DNA from: Iphione sp. A-MEVVRFRX5
Lineage: Eukaryota
NCBI GenBank assembly: GCA_976226885.1
Contig: OZ320313.1
Location: 32,116,001-32,180,000 of the forward strand
DNA: 64,000 nucleotides
Direction: 5' to 3'
This document shows, one piece after another, positions 13,126 through 25,262 of this stretch. The translations under genes were made by a program, and so were the position numbers. The notes beneath the pieces were generated by a model, which did no database searches, had not been told where the DNA came from, and worked only from the letters and a program-made list of their open reading frames with translations. Position 1 is the first letter of the stretch, and each line of letters starts with the position of its first letter.

Positions 13126-13789
13126 GTAACCATGTGTGTGCTCTGCCGTTACTGATGCACGTCAACGGTAAACAATGACGTATCACCACGGAATTATAAA
13201 AGTTAAAATTTGCTTTTTTTTCTCATTGATCAAGTTAAAGGAACACATCACAACATTAAATAGGTAATGCACTGTCAGCTGCACAATTTTCGTCAAGTAA
13301 AATATACGATTTCAAAAAAACATAACTATGAAAGAACACAATGCGCCACTAGTAAGCTCATCATCATTGAACAGCAAGGGCCATCTAGCGTAAAACAGGC
13401 GCACTTACCATTGATTTCAAATTGTTAATTATGATGATCGAAATGCAACAACAATGCTTATCTTCATATATATGGACAGTTGAGTATATTTCCTTCAATT
13501 CTTCCACAGGAACCACCCACTTAAATTCAATATTTCACACTAATTTCAATGGTTTTCGCTGGAAACAAGCAATTCCTGACACAATTCAGATGATTCCCTT
13601 CCACTTTGAAACACTATTTATTCTCCAATATTTTAGTCAGTGCATGTAGTTTCACATATGCATGTATAGCCCTATTCCTACTCTATCCATTGGTAACATT
13701 CCCTGCTACGTGCAGTTATTACTGCTTATACGATTTCAATACAAAGACATCCACCCCCCCCCCCCCCCGCTCACCATCGAGTACGCCAT

Positions 13790-13862
13790 ACGTGGCGGCC
13801 AGCATAGGGTTAATGTCTTTGTCGCAATTTTTTTGCGATATAGCGACAATTGCCCAGCTCTG
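13790..13862. mobile_element. Partial right end of the same MITE family as 20091 and 20891
   Basis: Ends in gcgacaattgcccagctctg, matching the terminus tgcccagctctg at 21043-21054. No left end was found. Confidence 0.5.
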
Positions 13863-13941
13863 CAACTAGAATAGAAAACGACTAATTCAAGATCACATTT
13901 ATGAAGGAAAGGACGGAGCTAGATTTCTGAAAAGTCACAAC

Positions 13942-14890
13942 TTTGTGAAAACTTTAATATGCGGTACCAGCACCTTAGAGATTGATGCTTCTGATACTAT
14001 TGAGGATGTGAAAATTAAGCTTCAGAACTATGAAGCCATTCTACACAAAGAGGGCCACAAGGTACTACTCATTGTATAATCAAAACTTAAATTCATCCAT
14101 AACGCTTAAAAAAAAGGATGTTTAAGTTTCACCATATTTATTAGCATATAATGTTTTACTATAAAACAATTATAACATTTAGCGTTGCATTCGAGAGGCA
14201 AATAACATTTTGCGCTGACTTAAAATACGCATTACACTTTAGCAAAATAGTTGATTCTTTCTATGCCCACCAGACCAGTAGCGTCTCATTTTTGTGTGTA
14301 AATAGGTCGGGGATAATGCACCCTGTCTGACTATAACATCCACAAGAAGGCAACCCTTTACCTGTACTGCGTTCGTGATAGAATGCAGATGTTTGTGGAA
14401 AAAATGATGGACAATACTACACTATGTAAGTTGAAACCCCTAACATTGTTTGAAATGTAAAAACCAAAATTAAAAACACAGAAGATATTCCACCAGACTA
14501 GCAGCGTCTCATCCCTACCAGTACACAATTAGACAATGTACACACCTTGTCTGACTATGACATCTATAAGGAGTTAACGCTTCACCTTGTGCTGGTGCTC
14601 GTAGAGGAATGCAAATATTTGTGATGACAATGATAGGCAAGACCATTATCCTTGAGGTGGAGGCTTAAACACCATTGAAGATGTGACAGCCAAGATTCAA
14701 AATAAATAGGGCATCTTATTAGACCAGCAGCGTTTCATCTGCGTTGGTACATAGATTGACGATGCGTACACACTGTCTGACTACAACATCTGGAAAGAGT
14801 CGACTTTTACCTGTATTGCAACTTCGTGAAAAACGCAGACATTCGAATACACTGACAGGAAAACTACTACCATGGAGGTAGTGAGTTCAC
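13942..14890 (+). pseudogene. Decayed polyubiquitin array (about 3 units plus the start of a 4th)
   Basis: Reads FVKTLICGTSTLEIDASDTIEDVKIKLQNYEAI, then a 220-bp interruption, then PPDQ*RLIF...TLSDYNIHK, MQMFV...NVKTKIKNTEDIPPD*QRLI...TLSDYDIYKELTLHLV, MQIFVMTMIGKTIILEVEA...TIEDVTAKIQNK*GILLDQQRFI...TLSDYNIWKEST. Unit starts at 14383, 14609 and about 14833 are spaced about 225 bp (ubiquitin = 228). Stops and frameshifts throughout. Confidence 0.93.
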
Positions 14891-16153
14891 ACGCAGTAGT
14901 GCACGATTTACTATTAACTAAAATAGTACTGTTTATATTTTCACGCAAGGAAAAAATTATATTACTATTTAGTAATGAAACACTGCTTTTGTCATACAGT
15001 AGCGGCATTTTTTGAACATTTTAATCAAGAGACTTCCGGGAACCACCACGCAGTAACACCCCTTCAACAGTCCAACTGTTTGACAGAATTACACTACACA
15101 TATAAAACGTCGTTTAAGGAAGTCCGGACGTGGACCCTGACTAAATAGCCCTTCTTACTACATACAGTGGAGTATCACTACCTTTGTCTATGCAACCAAG
15201 CAGAACCGAAGGTCATAAAAGGCCAGATGGTCAACATCATCCTTTACAGACGAATTGTAGGCGTGTTACATAAACCCGTGCTCACTTCTTGTTTTGTGAT
15301 TGGTCAGTTAAAGTCATGAATATTCAAGTAGTTGTAAGACTAACCACGCCTTTAATCTCCATCTAGTACGCGCGCCCTACAAGACAGAACACTTAACCAG
15401 TTTGTGGTCATTAAGTGTTGAACAGTTGTCCGTCTGTGTACACATATCTTCACTCGTTTGTGACTAGTAAGTAAGTATTTTACTATTTTGTTCAAATCTA
15501 TTATTTGAATGGTTTAGTTTAAGTTTTGAAATGTACGTATAGGTTACTAGAGATCTCAATTTGAAATGCATCTCAACACATATATTTAGTCTTTTTATTA
15601 TACAGTTGTGAAACAGTTGATGAAGATACGTGTCAATTAACAATATTCTTAACATTATTTCAAGCGGTTCAACCGCACGTCGAAATTGATGTATAACATG
15701 CACTATAGCTCATTTCTAGTAGCACTGGTATCGATGCTTAATCCACACCTGTGTTTAAATCAGGTGAAATTTGTGTTTTCTAGTGATTACATGCCGTTTA
15801 ACCTAGAAACGTCGTTCAGCAATAAAAGTAGTTTGTATTTGTGACTTAGTAAATCGAAAGTTGTTAATTTCGTAAATCACTACACTGTCCACTTTATACT
15901 ATAGAATACTAATATATGATACGGTTCCAGCGCAGCAGTAGTTCATGCATTCATACGGTTCTTAACAGTTTAACTTAGCGTGGGAATAACTTTAGGATAA
16001 AGACTGAGAAGCTAAATGAACGTTTACCTGTTTTGTAAAGAAAGGATTTATCTAACAGAATATACAGTTTGAACTAATGTGAACTCTGTTGTTATATATT
16101 ACAGTTCATATGTTTCTTAAATGGATATTTTATTTGATTTTTAGTACAACACC

Positions 16154-17913
16154 ATGCCAAAAAAGCATCCGGTAAAAACTAAAAAACCAGGAGCATTTGA
16201 ACGATACGAAGCATATAAACGCCACAACCGACTAATGGCTGCTGCCAGACGTGAAGAGAGAAGAGCAGGTACTGTGTCCAATAGTAAAGTTTTTCAAAGA
16301 TGAATTCTGGTTTTAAAATTCCAAATAGAAGTTGGCAGGTGTTTAACTTGATTGTATTTGAAAATAAATCATTGAATGAACTCTACATTACTGTGAAGTA
16401 GTCGAAACGTATTGTTTTAAAAATGTTTTCTTTCAGAAGTAGGACTACCGCCTACTTATCCGAGACGGTCGAAGTTTAAAACTGATGAACAAGTAGCACA
16501 AGAATGGCTGCAATGGAAAAAAGTTATGGATGCGGAAGGTGGGTACATATTGACGGTTCGCAAACTACAATATACATATGACACAAATCTATTTCACAGC
16601 AAAGTGATAAAAGACCAGATGGCAACATGCAATTGTATTACCAGATTGACACGTACATAAGATTCATCATCATTAATGCTCATACATACCATAGAATAAT
16701 TTATCATCTGTACGTATCATAGTGAACCAACAAAGTTAGAACAAACTGGATCACAATAAGCACATGACTGTAATCTTCCAGTGTAAATACTGTATTAAAA
16801 AAAAAGTATACAAGTTCATGTATAAAATATTAGTTTCTCAATAGGAATTGTTCTGACCGATTGTAAACTGTTGTGATATATCTACATGTATGTTGTACAT
16901 ACACCACATACTAAATACTACCGCAAACTTATTTTTCCATTGAACTAGGGTTCCCTATTTCGGATGAACTGCAGGCAAAGATGACTGAGCAGACTGCTAT
17001 TTTGTACGAACAAGATACAGAAGGAAGTAGTGGTCCAGAAACTACAGAAGTCGTACCAGTATCACGACAAGTGATTAGATCCGATAGTCCGGTTTGCATA
17101 CATTCACAGCAATCTTCTGAAACGCCTGAACCAGGCGCTAGTACTTCAGGAACTAGTCAACTATTTAGAAGTATAAGCAATGAAAAGCATTCGAGGACAC
17201 CAACAAGCACTGTTTCAGGTGAACAGCAAAAGTCAATGATAGCAGGTGAAGATGAAATAGTATACACTTTGATACCAATTAGTGAAAGTGTAGAAACTGT
17301 TAAGCTAGGTGATGACAATCAAAGTCCATCTACACATAGTAGTTCCAATGGTGGCAATGTACTGGAAAAAGTGGTAGAGGAACAGAACAAAAACTTAGTT
17401 TCTAGTTGGATTCCTAAACGACTATTTCAAAAGCCATGTCAACCACCAGCACAACTGGAAGAAGTTACATATCACAAGTCACCAAGACGTGATAAAAGTG
17501 ACAAATCTGCACATTCGCTTTATACAGCACAACAACATATAAAACAGCTCCAAGTATGTGTTTTACAGAATGCCAAACGAATTCTCGAACTAAAAGATAT
17601 GAAAAGTGAATCAATTGATAAAAGAATAACACTTTTACACCAAAGTCTAAACACACTGCAAGCTCAAATAGCGCAAACTCAGATCGACCATAGGGGTTGT
17701 ACAGACAAGCAAGCAGCGATACTGACCACTAGATTAACCGTTGTACACGCCGAAGTTAATGTTCTTCATAAAGAAGTTTCTGATGCACTAAAGAAAGTAA
17801 ATGGGTTTGAACAAGGACTGTTACAAGTGGCACACAAAACAGAAATGTTGCAACAGCAAATGACTGAAGTTCAGAAAGCAATTGACTTTGTTGTTGAACA
17901 AATCAAAAAGTAA
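16154..17913 (+). CDS. Spliced gene A, about 393 aa, basic N-terminus, Ser/Thr-rich middle, C-terminal coiled coil; function unknown
   Basis: Exons 16154-16268 (accATG, MPKKHPVK...RRA, GT), 16437-16538 (tttcAG...GT, 102 nt) and 16949-17913 splice in frame with no stops into ORF 16981-17913. Heptad-like LxxxLxxL pattern in the last 130 aa. Confidence 0.8.
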
Positions 17914-17919
17914 GTTGTT

Positions 17920-19060
17920 TGTTGAGTTTTTGACAGAAACATGCTCAGTTGTTTTGGTTGATGCAACAACATACTACAGAACATGTTTTACTATTCCGTG
18001 CTCTAAGATACCGCTAATTGAGTTGGTTACAAGAAACATACAAAGCGTAATAAATCTTATCAAAGATATATGAAACGGTGCATTTTTCCACAAAGGTTGA
18101 TAAAGTAGAAATAAGTTTTAGTATATGTGTTTATAGATCATTTGTTAGCGTAGTTGTTTGTTTCTAACATGTATAACCATAAGTTAGTTTCATTGGTAGT
18201 ACTGTTCTGTTGCCGTATAATAATTTTAATACCACAGAACATGTTTACTATGTCGTGTTTTACAATACCAATAAAAGATTTGGTTACAACAAACATTCAT
18301 GCGTGATAAACCTAACAATGGTATATGAAACGGTGCATTTTTTTCACAGAAGTAGAAAAAATAGAAAATATGATTTAGTCATTTATGTTTAGAAATAAGT
18401 TGTTAGCGTAGTTGTTTGTATTCAACATAAATAACCGTAATCTACTTTCACTAGTAGTAGTGTTCTGCTGTCGTACAGTCCCGACATAAACTGTACATTG
18501 TACCAAGAACTGGTTTGTCATCAACCTCTATGAAGGAGTTTACTTTGAATATAAATTTGTTACGTCAAGCTTTGTTATAGTATTTAGGTGAACCATAAGC
18601 ACAAGACTTTTCAATTGTAACCAGGAGTTTGTCAGCCAAACAATTAGATCTTTGTTAATATAATGTTTTTGACAGTTCTCAATAATAATACCTACTACCA
18701 AACATCATTTTTAATAAGTTTGCGTACACGTAGCAAATGCTTTTCACTATAATTTAAAGTTTAATTTAAAGGTTTCATTGTTATCGTGTATAAATTCAGA
18801 AGTCGAGTGTTTTGCATCTCAGGCTCTGTAAACTACATATTTTACTATGATGTCTTACGAGTGTACTTTAGTTAAACTTCATGTGGTCGCTGTAAAGCTA
18901 CAATACTTCAAAACGTCCATTTAGGTCTATTTGTACACAACGTTCTACAAACCACATGTTTTACTTTGATGTCTCGCGACTATACTTTAGTTAAACTTCA
19001 TGTGGTTGTATAAAGCTACAGTACTTGACAATTTTGATTTGAGGCGTATTTGTACACTTG
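17920..19060. repeat. Degenerate tandem duplications (about 260 bp at 17920-18470; about 120 bp at 18830-19050)
   Basis: cagaacatgttt(t)actat...ttggttacaa...tatatgaaacggtgcatttttt occurs twice. tactttagttaaacttcatgtggt occurs twice. Confidence 0.7.
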
Positions 19061-20090
19061 TAAACAAAGAACAATGTATTACAAAATGTTCATGTGAATG
19101 TAGCTGTTATGTGCTAGTTAAGTTTGTTTAAGTTCAACTTACATAAAATACGTTCAATAATTATCATTGTTTGATAGTTTAGTAAATAAATAGTATGAAC
19201 GTACCTAATGAGTTTGTCGTTTTTTAAAACTATTTTGTCTAAGACCAATGATAACAATACCAATATTTTTGAAAGTTGCAGTAATAAGCGTTTTGTCATT
19301 TTTATACCACCTTTTACATCAGTACCTAACAATATACAATATACTGCAGGTCAAACTGCCGTAGATTACATGCACAAAGGCAATTCTGAAAACTATTTAA
19401 GACAATTATCTGTTATAGCTCGAAACTGTTCAGTATAATGGGAGACTACAAATTTATTCCTACATACTCAACAACTATTGTAACTATATTTGTAAAACTC
19501 ACATTTTACATAAACAGAAGCATTTCTAAATCACGCTTGCACTGAAACGACACTCTCATTGATCCTATTCCTTAAAACATATTTTTGTGTGGCTTTAGAT
19601 ATTTATACCGTGCTTAAAAGTACAATATTGCACATTAGTTAAACGTGGTTGTAGTTGTAATTCTTTAGTCAATAATTGCGACATTTGTCGTCCATTTCAG
19701 TTCTTATCGCGCTCTTGCTCCACGTTAATACCCGTCATTGCTATAAAACCAGTTGTATGTTAAATGACAATTTTGTCGACACAAACTTCCATAGCACTTG
19801 AAACACAACGAGTATATCAAGTACGAACATCCATATAACTCACACGTTTTAACGTTTGGACTGGTTGTTTAGTAAAAGTGTATTGTAGAGAAAGTAGAAG
19901 CAGTAAAAATTACAATCTACCAGGACAGATACGTTCAAGTACTAGCCCATCTATATAAGTTTCACTTCTACGTACCAATACGAAGAAGCGTAAGAATACT
20001 ACACTTTCTTGAGAACAAGAGCGATATATGTCATCCGTGACTGTCAGGCTACCTCCGGCTTAGACCGAGTATATATTTGGTAAAGTAATA

Positions 20091-20250
20091 TAGAGGTGGG
20101 CAACCTGTCGCATTTCGTAAAAAACATGACACAGAGATGCTAAGAAATGCGACAACTTTCTTTTTCTCTTCACTAGTTGGTGAATTTGCGACAGAGACCT
20201 TAAGAAATACGCCATAATTGAAACAACTTTGTTTTAGATGCCCAGTTCTG
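20091..20250. mobile_element. 160-bp MITE with 5-bp TSD (hAT5-like)
   Basis: Imperfect TIR tagaggtgggca...tgcccagttctg, flanked by TAATA on both sides (20086-20090, 20251-20255). Confidence 0.75.
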
Positions 20251-20890
20251 TAATAGAGAATCTTGTTCGCCTATGACTGCAAAAGTAGTATCATACTTGT
20301 TTTGAACATACAAATCTAAAACTTTGCACAGTCAAGTTAAAGAAACATTGTAAACTCGTTCATTTACAGAATTAACTAATACAAAACTATGGTCAACAGT
20401 CGACTCAAAACTTATATTGATACATTGATTAACATATTGTAAAATGAACATCGATACAAGACTCAATTTAGCTGCCAATACTTTTCTTAAATTCTCTAAC
20501 AAGTTTCAAGCGCATGCGCACAACGTGCGTGTAAGATTCAACGAATCAGCACAGCATACTGTATCAGTAGGACACACGCAAAGCCCAGTAGATGTATCAA
20601 CGTCGTGCTGCTACAAACACTACTTCAGTTGGACCAAACGAAATTCCTACCAGGAAGACGTTAAGCGAGCATATTGTCATTACAAGGTAAATACTATTTG
20701 CATTTAATTGAATTAAAGTAAGTTTAATCACTCCTGGAAACTTACAACAGAAGATTAATTTTCCAATGAACAAAATTAGTTAGAAAACAACAATTCGTAT
20801 TACCACTAAATACCAATGAACACTTTTATCCAAACAGTAGTTCGGTGAAACGCATTGGTTTTCACCAACACTACAATGTCAAAGAATTTG

Positions 20891-21054
20891 CAGGACTGGG
20901 CACCCTGTCGCATTTCGCTAAAAACATGCGTCAAAGACTGAAAAGAATGCGACAACCCTCTTTTGTTTTCCACTGGTTCAGTACCGAACTAACTGTATTT
21001 TTACGACAAGGAGGTTAAAAAACGCGACAACTTTTTGTTGGGTGCCCAGCTCTG
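20891..21054. mobile_element. 164-bp MITE, second copy of the same family
   Basis: TIR caggactgggca...tgcccagctctg, flanked by ATTTG on both sides (20886-20890, 21055-21059). Internal sequence is homologous to the 20091 copy. Confidence 0.8.
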
Positions 21055-21312
21055 ATTTGGATACATGTTCTCTACCAGCTGTCCTTAAGCAAACTTTTTG
21101 TAAACGTATATGATAAATTTCGATCCAGAGATAGTTAATTACTACTCGACAACATATGTACCTACGATTACTAACGACTTGTTTCAGTTTTTGTTTTTAC
21201 CATTGAACATACATGTCGCACCGACCACAAAGTGTATAACAAACATTACCTGTATTCAATGAGAAACCACTACTCGCCACGTTCACACTCAGTTATGCTA
21301 TTCGATAATGGC

Positions 21313-21320
21313 TATATAAA
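21313..21320 (+). promoter_or_regulatory. TATA box upstream of the SGNH-fold ORF
   Basis: gcTATATAAAaccacgccgcc about 470 bp before a ttctgcAG|ATG acceptor/start, which suggests a non-coding first exon. Confidence 0.4.
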
Positions 21321-21785
21321 ACCACGCCGCCACCTTGACAGCCACGACAGTGTGATAAGTTACAAGAATCTTTATAGAACTGCTATAATAACGAAATGGT
21401 TGTAATAAATAAGTACAAGTTGTAATTCAACTGACGCTGTTTTTGTAGAACTATATACGGCCGAATCATACATTTAGTGTTCTTAATGAAAAAAATATAT
21501 ACTTCATATCTTTTTAGTGATAGTGATGGGAGGAATTTCAGAAATATTTGCTTCTATCTAACAAATATCACATTATTTGAAATTCACTCAGAACGTACAG
21601 TCTTGTTGTATTATATAATGGCGTTGTTTAGCTGCATTCCATGGATTGTGTAGAAGTAACCTATATGTCGGTAGAGATATAACTATTGCTTGTTTCAATT
21701 CTTCCCGTTTGTTACAAATTGAACAAACTGTTGATTTCATTAACAAAATATTATGTACTATACAAAAAAAATTCGCTTTCTGCAG

Positions 21786-22409
21786 ATGGACACAAAACCG
21801 AAAGTAACAATGGTGACAGACACGCGAGGCCAAGACTTCAGCCGAATTGTGGAGAACACTCTTGGGCACTTGTATGACTGGACCACTATAATCTTTCCTA
21901 GTGGACGCATTGAAGATGTCATTAAACAAATTCACCGGCTACAAATGATTGACACCAATATTACATTAGTATACTTGGGCCTTGATGATCTAGTATCGAT
22001 ATTTCAAGACAAATACAAACTTACGTATTCGTCAGCTACAGCCTTGAAGCATGATGCCTGGATCAACATGACCACTATTGTCAATACACTTGTAACCTCA
22101 AAAATGCAGCATGTAATTTTCCTTCCTATCCATGGTATGCAAATTGGACACCCGAAGTCACGAGAACAGATCAAACTCAACCACCACATTGTAACCAAAA
22201 ATAGTTTAGCAATAACTATGAACTATAAAAATGGCTACACCACCCCGGACACTTGTTTACCATTAAATGGTGTAGAAGAAAACAACATCATATTTAGACA
22301 TGAACTACTTAAGCGTGATGATGAAATTCCTCGTTATATCATACATCACTGGCTACATGAATTACAACTCTTTATTGACAGTGTTTGTTGCCGCCGGGAA
22401 AAGAAATGA
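21786..22409 (+). CDS. SGNH/GDSL-fold protein, about 207 aa, probably catalytically inactive
   Basis: Open frame from cag|ATG (MDTKPKVTMVTDTRGQDF). Block-like motifs VTDTRG (I), IFPSGRIED (II), LVYLGLDDL (III) and VIFLPIHG. No DxxH block V is visible. Confidence 0.6.
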   Translation: MDTKPKVTMVTDTRGQDFSRIVENTLGHLYDWTTIIFPSGRIEDVIKQIHRLQMIDTNITLVYLGLDDLVSIFQDKYKLTYSSATALKHDAWINMTTIVNTLVTSKMQHVIFLPIHGMQIGHPKSREQIKLNHHIVTKNSLAITMNYKNGYTTPDTCLPLNGVEENNIIFRHELLKRDDEIPRYIIHHWLHELQLFIDSVCCRREKK

Positions 22410-22771
22410 CAAATAAACATTCCAGACTTAACACTGAACAGTCTTTTTGTGTTATGAATTGTTTCTTCTAAGTACTTCTATAACATACACATAAACAAAA
22501 TACCTATTCCAATATTTATGCAGAAAATGTTAACAACAAAGCTTTTTAACCATTCGTCTTATACTTAAAATTTTCTTTATGCTTTGTAGCTATTTGTAGT
22601 ACTGACAGTGCATTCTCAATATTCTAGTTCTGCAACGAAAGTTTCATAATTTATAATATGTATATGAAGTCTGTCAACTTATCACACACTAATTGTCAGT
22701 TTAAAATACTCCAAGTTCCTACTGGGAAATATTAAGTATAACGCGTAATTGATGTACAGGAGAAACTCACT

Positions 22772-22809
22772 TTCCGACCATCACTTGGGTCGGCCCAAAA
22801 TGGTCGGAA
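22772..22809. other. Perfect 10-bp inverted repeat (hairpin)
   Basis: ttccgaccat (22772-22781) and atggtcggaa (22800-22809), with an additional gggtcggccc inside the loop. Confidence 0.7.
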
Positions 22810-22944
22810 TTCTGAATACGGTCGCAAAGTAATTTAGGAGGAATCTGGGCTTGAAATCATATCCCTTTCTCTCTCTCTCTACAAATCAATAATAATAGGT
22901 AGGGATAGGTAATAGGTAGTAATTGCCATTTATTCAAGTAAATG

Positions 22945-23210
22945 TATCAAAGACGTCACCGTTGACGACCCGACCACTGCCGGCCGACCCTCTCCAAGGT
23001 GCGAGGAAAATCAGAGATGTCCTCGTTGACGCCCGCGACCACCCCGGCCAACCCCTCCACGGTGTGAGGAACATCAAAGTCGCCGAAGTTGACGCCCGCG
23101 ACCACTCTCAGCCTCACCCCTCCAGGGTGAGAAACCATCAAAGACGTCCCCATTGACGCTCCTGATACCCTGCGACCACTCTTGGCCTCACCCCTGTATA
23201 TTGAGAACAC
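22945..23210. repeat. GC-rich about 63-bp minisatellite, 4 degenerate copies
   Basis: Unit atcaaagacgtc...gttgacgcccgcgaccac...cccctcca.ggtg.ga(g)aa. Confidence 0.8.
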
Positions 23211-23836
23211 CAACTAAGTTTTGTGTGAAAATCTAACGCTACGGCCTGCATGTTGAAAATTAAAAGTATAAACTCATAAAGTTTATGTATTTAACATTTC
23301 TCTATATATATGCACAAAAGCAGCAAACGTACATGCCCGCTGTCAAATGGAACAAATTTTTCCTTACCAAATTCCTCAATTGTTATTTCACCTTTTTCTT
23401 CAGAATAAGAATAAACTAATTTAACAAAACATGTATTTGTCTTTTGAATCCAATGTACAATATTTGAAATAAAGATTTTAAAGGAAACACGCATATAAAC
23501 ATTTTATATATAATGACAAATGTTCTCTTGCTAATGGTATGACGTCATAGGGCAAGTGTTTAGCACGTATCACCATGAATACTGTCCACACTACCGGCTT
23601 CGACACTACCTGTAAAACCGGCTTATGAGTGGTCCATCTTTATCCAATAGGATTCGAGGACTCTTCAGCTACCCTATGTGAAAGTTGGACTTCGAGTACC
23701 ACCTCAGTTGCGTAGCTAGTGTTTGACTCCACGCGTCAATTGACACATATTCTTAACTGTGATACGTTAGACAATTGTACATTAGCGGATTAATTAAATT
23801 CACTAATCGGTCTTCTTAAAAGAACACCTCAACGAC

Positions 23837-25262
23837 ATGGATGACAGAAGCACTATAGTACATCCTACTCCAGTTTATGTCAGCCCACCAGTTAACGCAA
23901 CAACCCACGCAGATTCTACACGTAAGTATGTGATGAATACTAGACGCAATACAACATCATAGTTTCTTTAGAACCATAAAGAATTCTTCCGTTTCGATTG
24001 CTCTCGAAATAATCCACAGTAGCCAACGACACCAGTTGTTATTTAATGTAGTAGTGTTTTATGATGAAGACTTCCTGTCATGTCGACTACGACAACAACA
24101 TCATTTACTATTTGCCTGAGACGAATTGTACACTCGAAATAGATTGTCTAACTCATACATTCATAATTCCAAAATTATTGAAATACTTGTTTATTGTTTT
24201 TGTTAGTCTGTTCCGTAAACTAAGATCAATAGACTTGTTCAAGCACTCAGAATTGATCAAACTAAGACAGAGTACATACGACTAAGACATGTTATCTTGA
24301 GATTTACCCTTTAGAACTTATCATGTCAATTTGTTGCCGAATATCTAATTATAAACTGAAAAAAAACGTACTATTTTTCTGCAGAAGTTTAAAGTTAGTG
24401 AAACTAACACTTATTATTATCTATTAGGTGTTTAAGTAAATACTATGATTCACACATAAATACTTGACTATTATGCACATTGGTATTCATCTTTTCAGGT
24501 GGTGCATCAAGCGACCAAATGCAAATCACAGTGACAACGTCCATAGCGAGAAATTGCACAAACTGTAAGTTATATTTCAATGTGAACATGATTTTGTAAT
24601 ACTTCTTCGACCATAGCCAACATACAGTTATTCATGTAGGAGTTGTCTAGTTCTAATTTTCTTTAAGTAAATAAGATGGACCTGAAAATAACTTGCACAA
24701 ATATTAAACGTCTTAAATAAGGCAATCTCTAACAACTAAAGTAAAAGTTTTATCACATTCAAACGCCAAGAACTAAAACATTGAAGCCAAGTTTCTTGTA
24801 ACCTGCGATTGATCCTTACCAGTTAACTACACCTAACAGTTGTCACAGTTGTTAGTGCAGCAAAATTGTTATACATTGTTAATTTTTTTCCTAATTTTGA
24901 AATACAGCAAACAATTTACAGGTTTATTGTATGTATTTGCAGATGACAACGTTCGTTTACTTAACGAACTTGTACAAACCTTATCAACGGACGTTCTTCA
25001 CTTGCGGATGACGGTATTGAATCTTCAGAAAAAAAACAGCTACTTAGAAAGCCAAATACAACAGATGAACCAAGAGGCGATCGAACACCATAACGCTATT
25101 AATTATTTACTAAATGGCCACGACAAAACAAAGCAGTCGCTCTCTAATGTTGAAACAGACATCACGGCTATAAAAGATGCACAAAAGTCGTTCGAAACCC
25201 GGCTTTCGGCTTCATGTTCTCGAAATCCTCCTATCGATTTAGCTTGGGAAGATGAATGCTGA
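23837..25262 (+). CDS. Spliced gene B, about 156 aa, C-terminal coiled coil; paralog of gene D
   Basis: Exons 23837-23921 (MDDRSTIV..., GTAAGT), 24499-24564 (ttttcAG, GTAAGT, 66 nt) and 24943-25262 (tttgcAG) join in frame into ORF 24840-25262. Confidence 0.8.

Noticed and set aside
22923-23213. ORFs over the 63-bp GC-rich repeat (cadherin-like or other repeat protein)
   Set aside because: Frame shifts between units and no consistent motif. Treated as a minisatellite.
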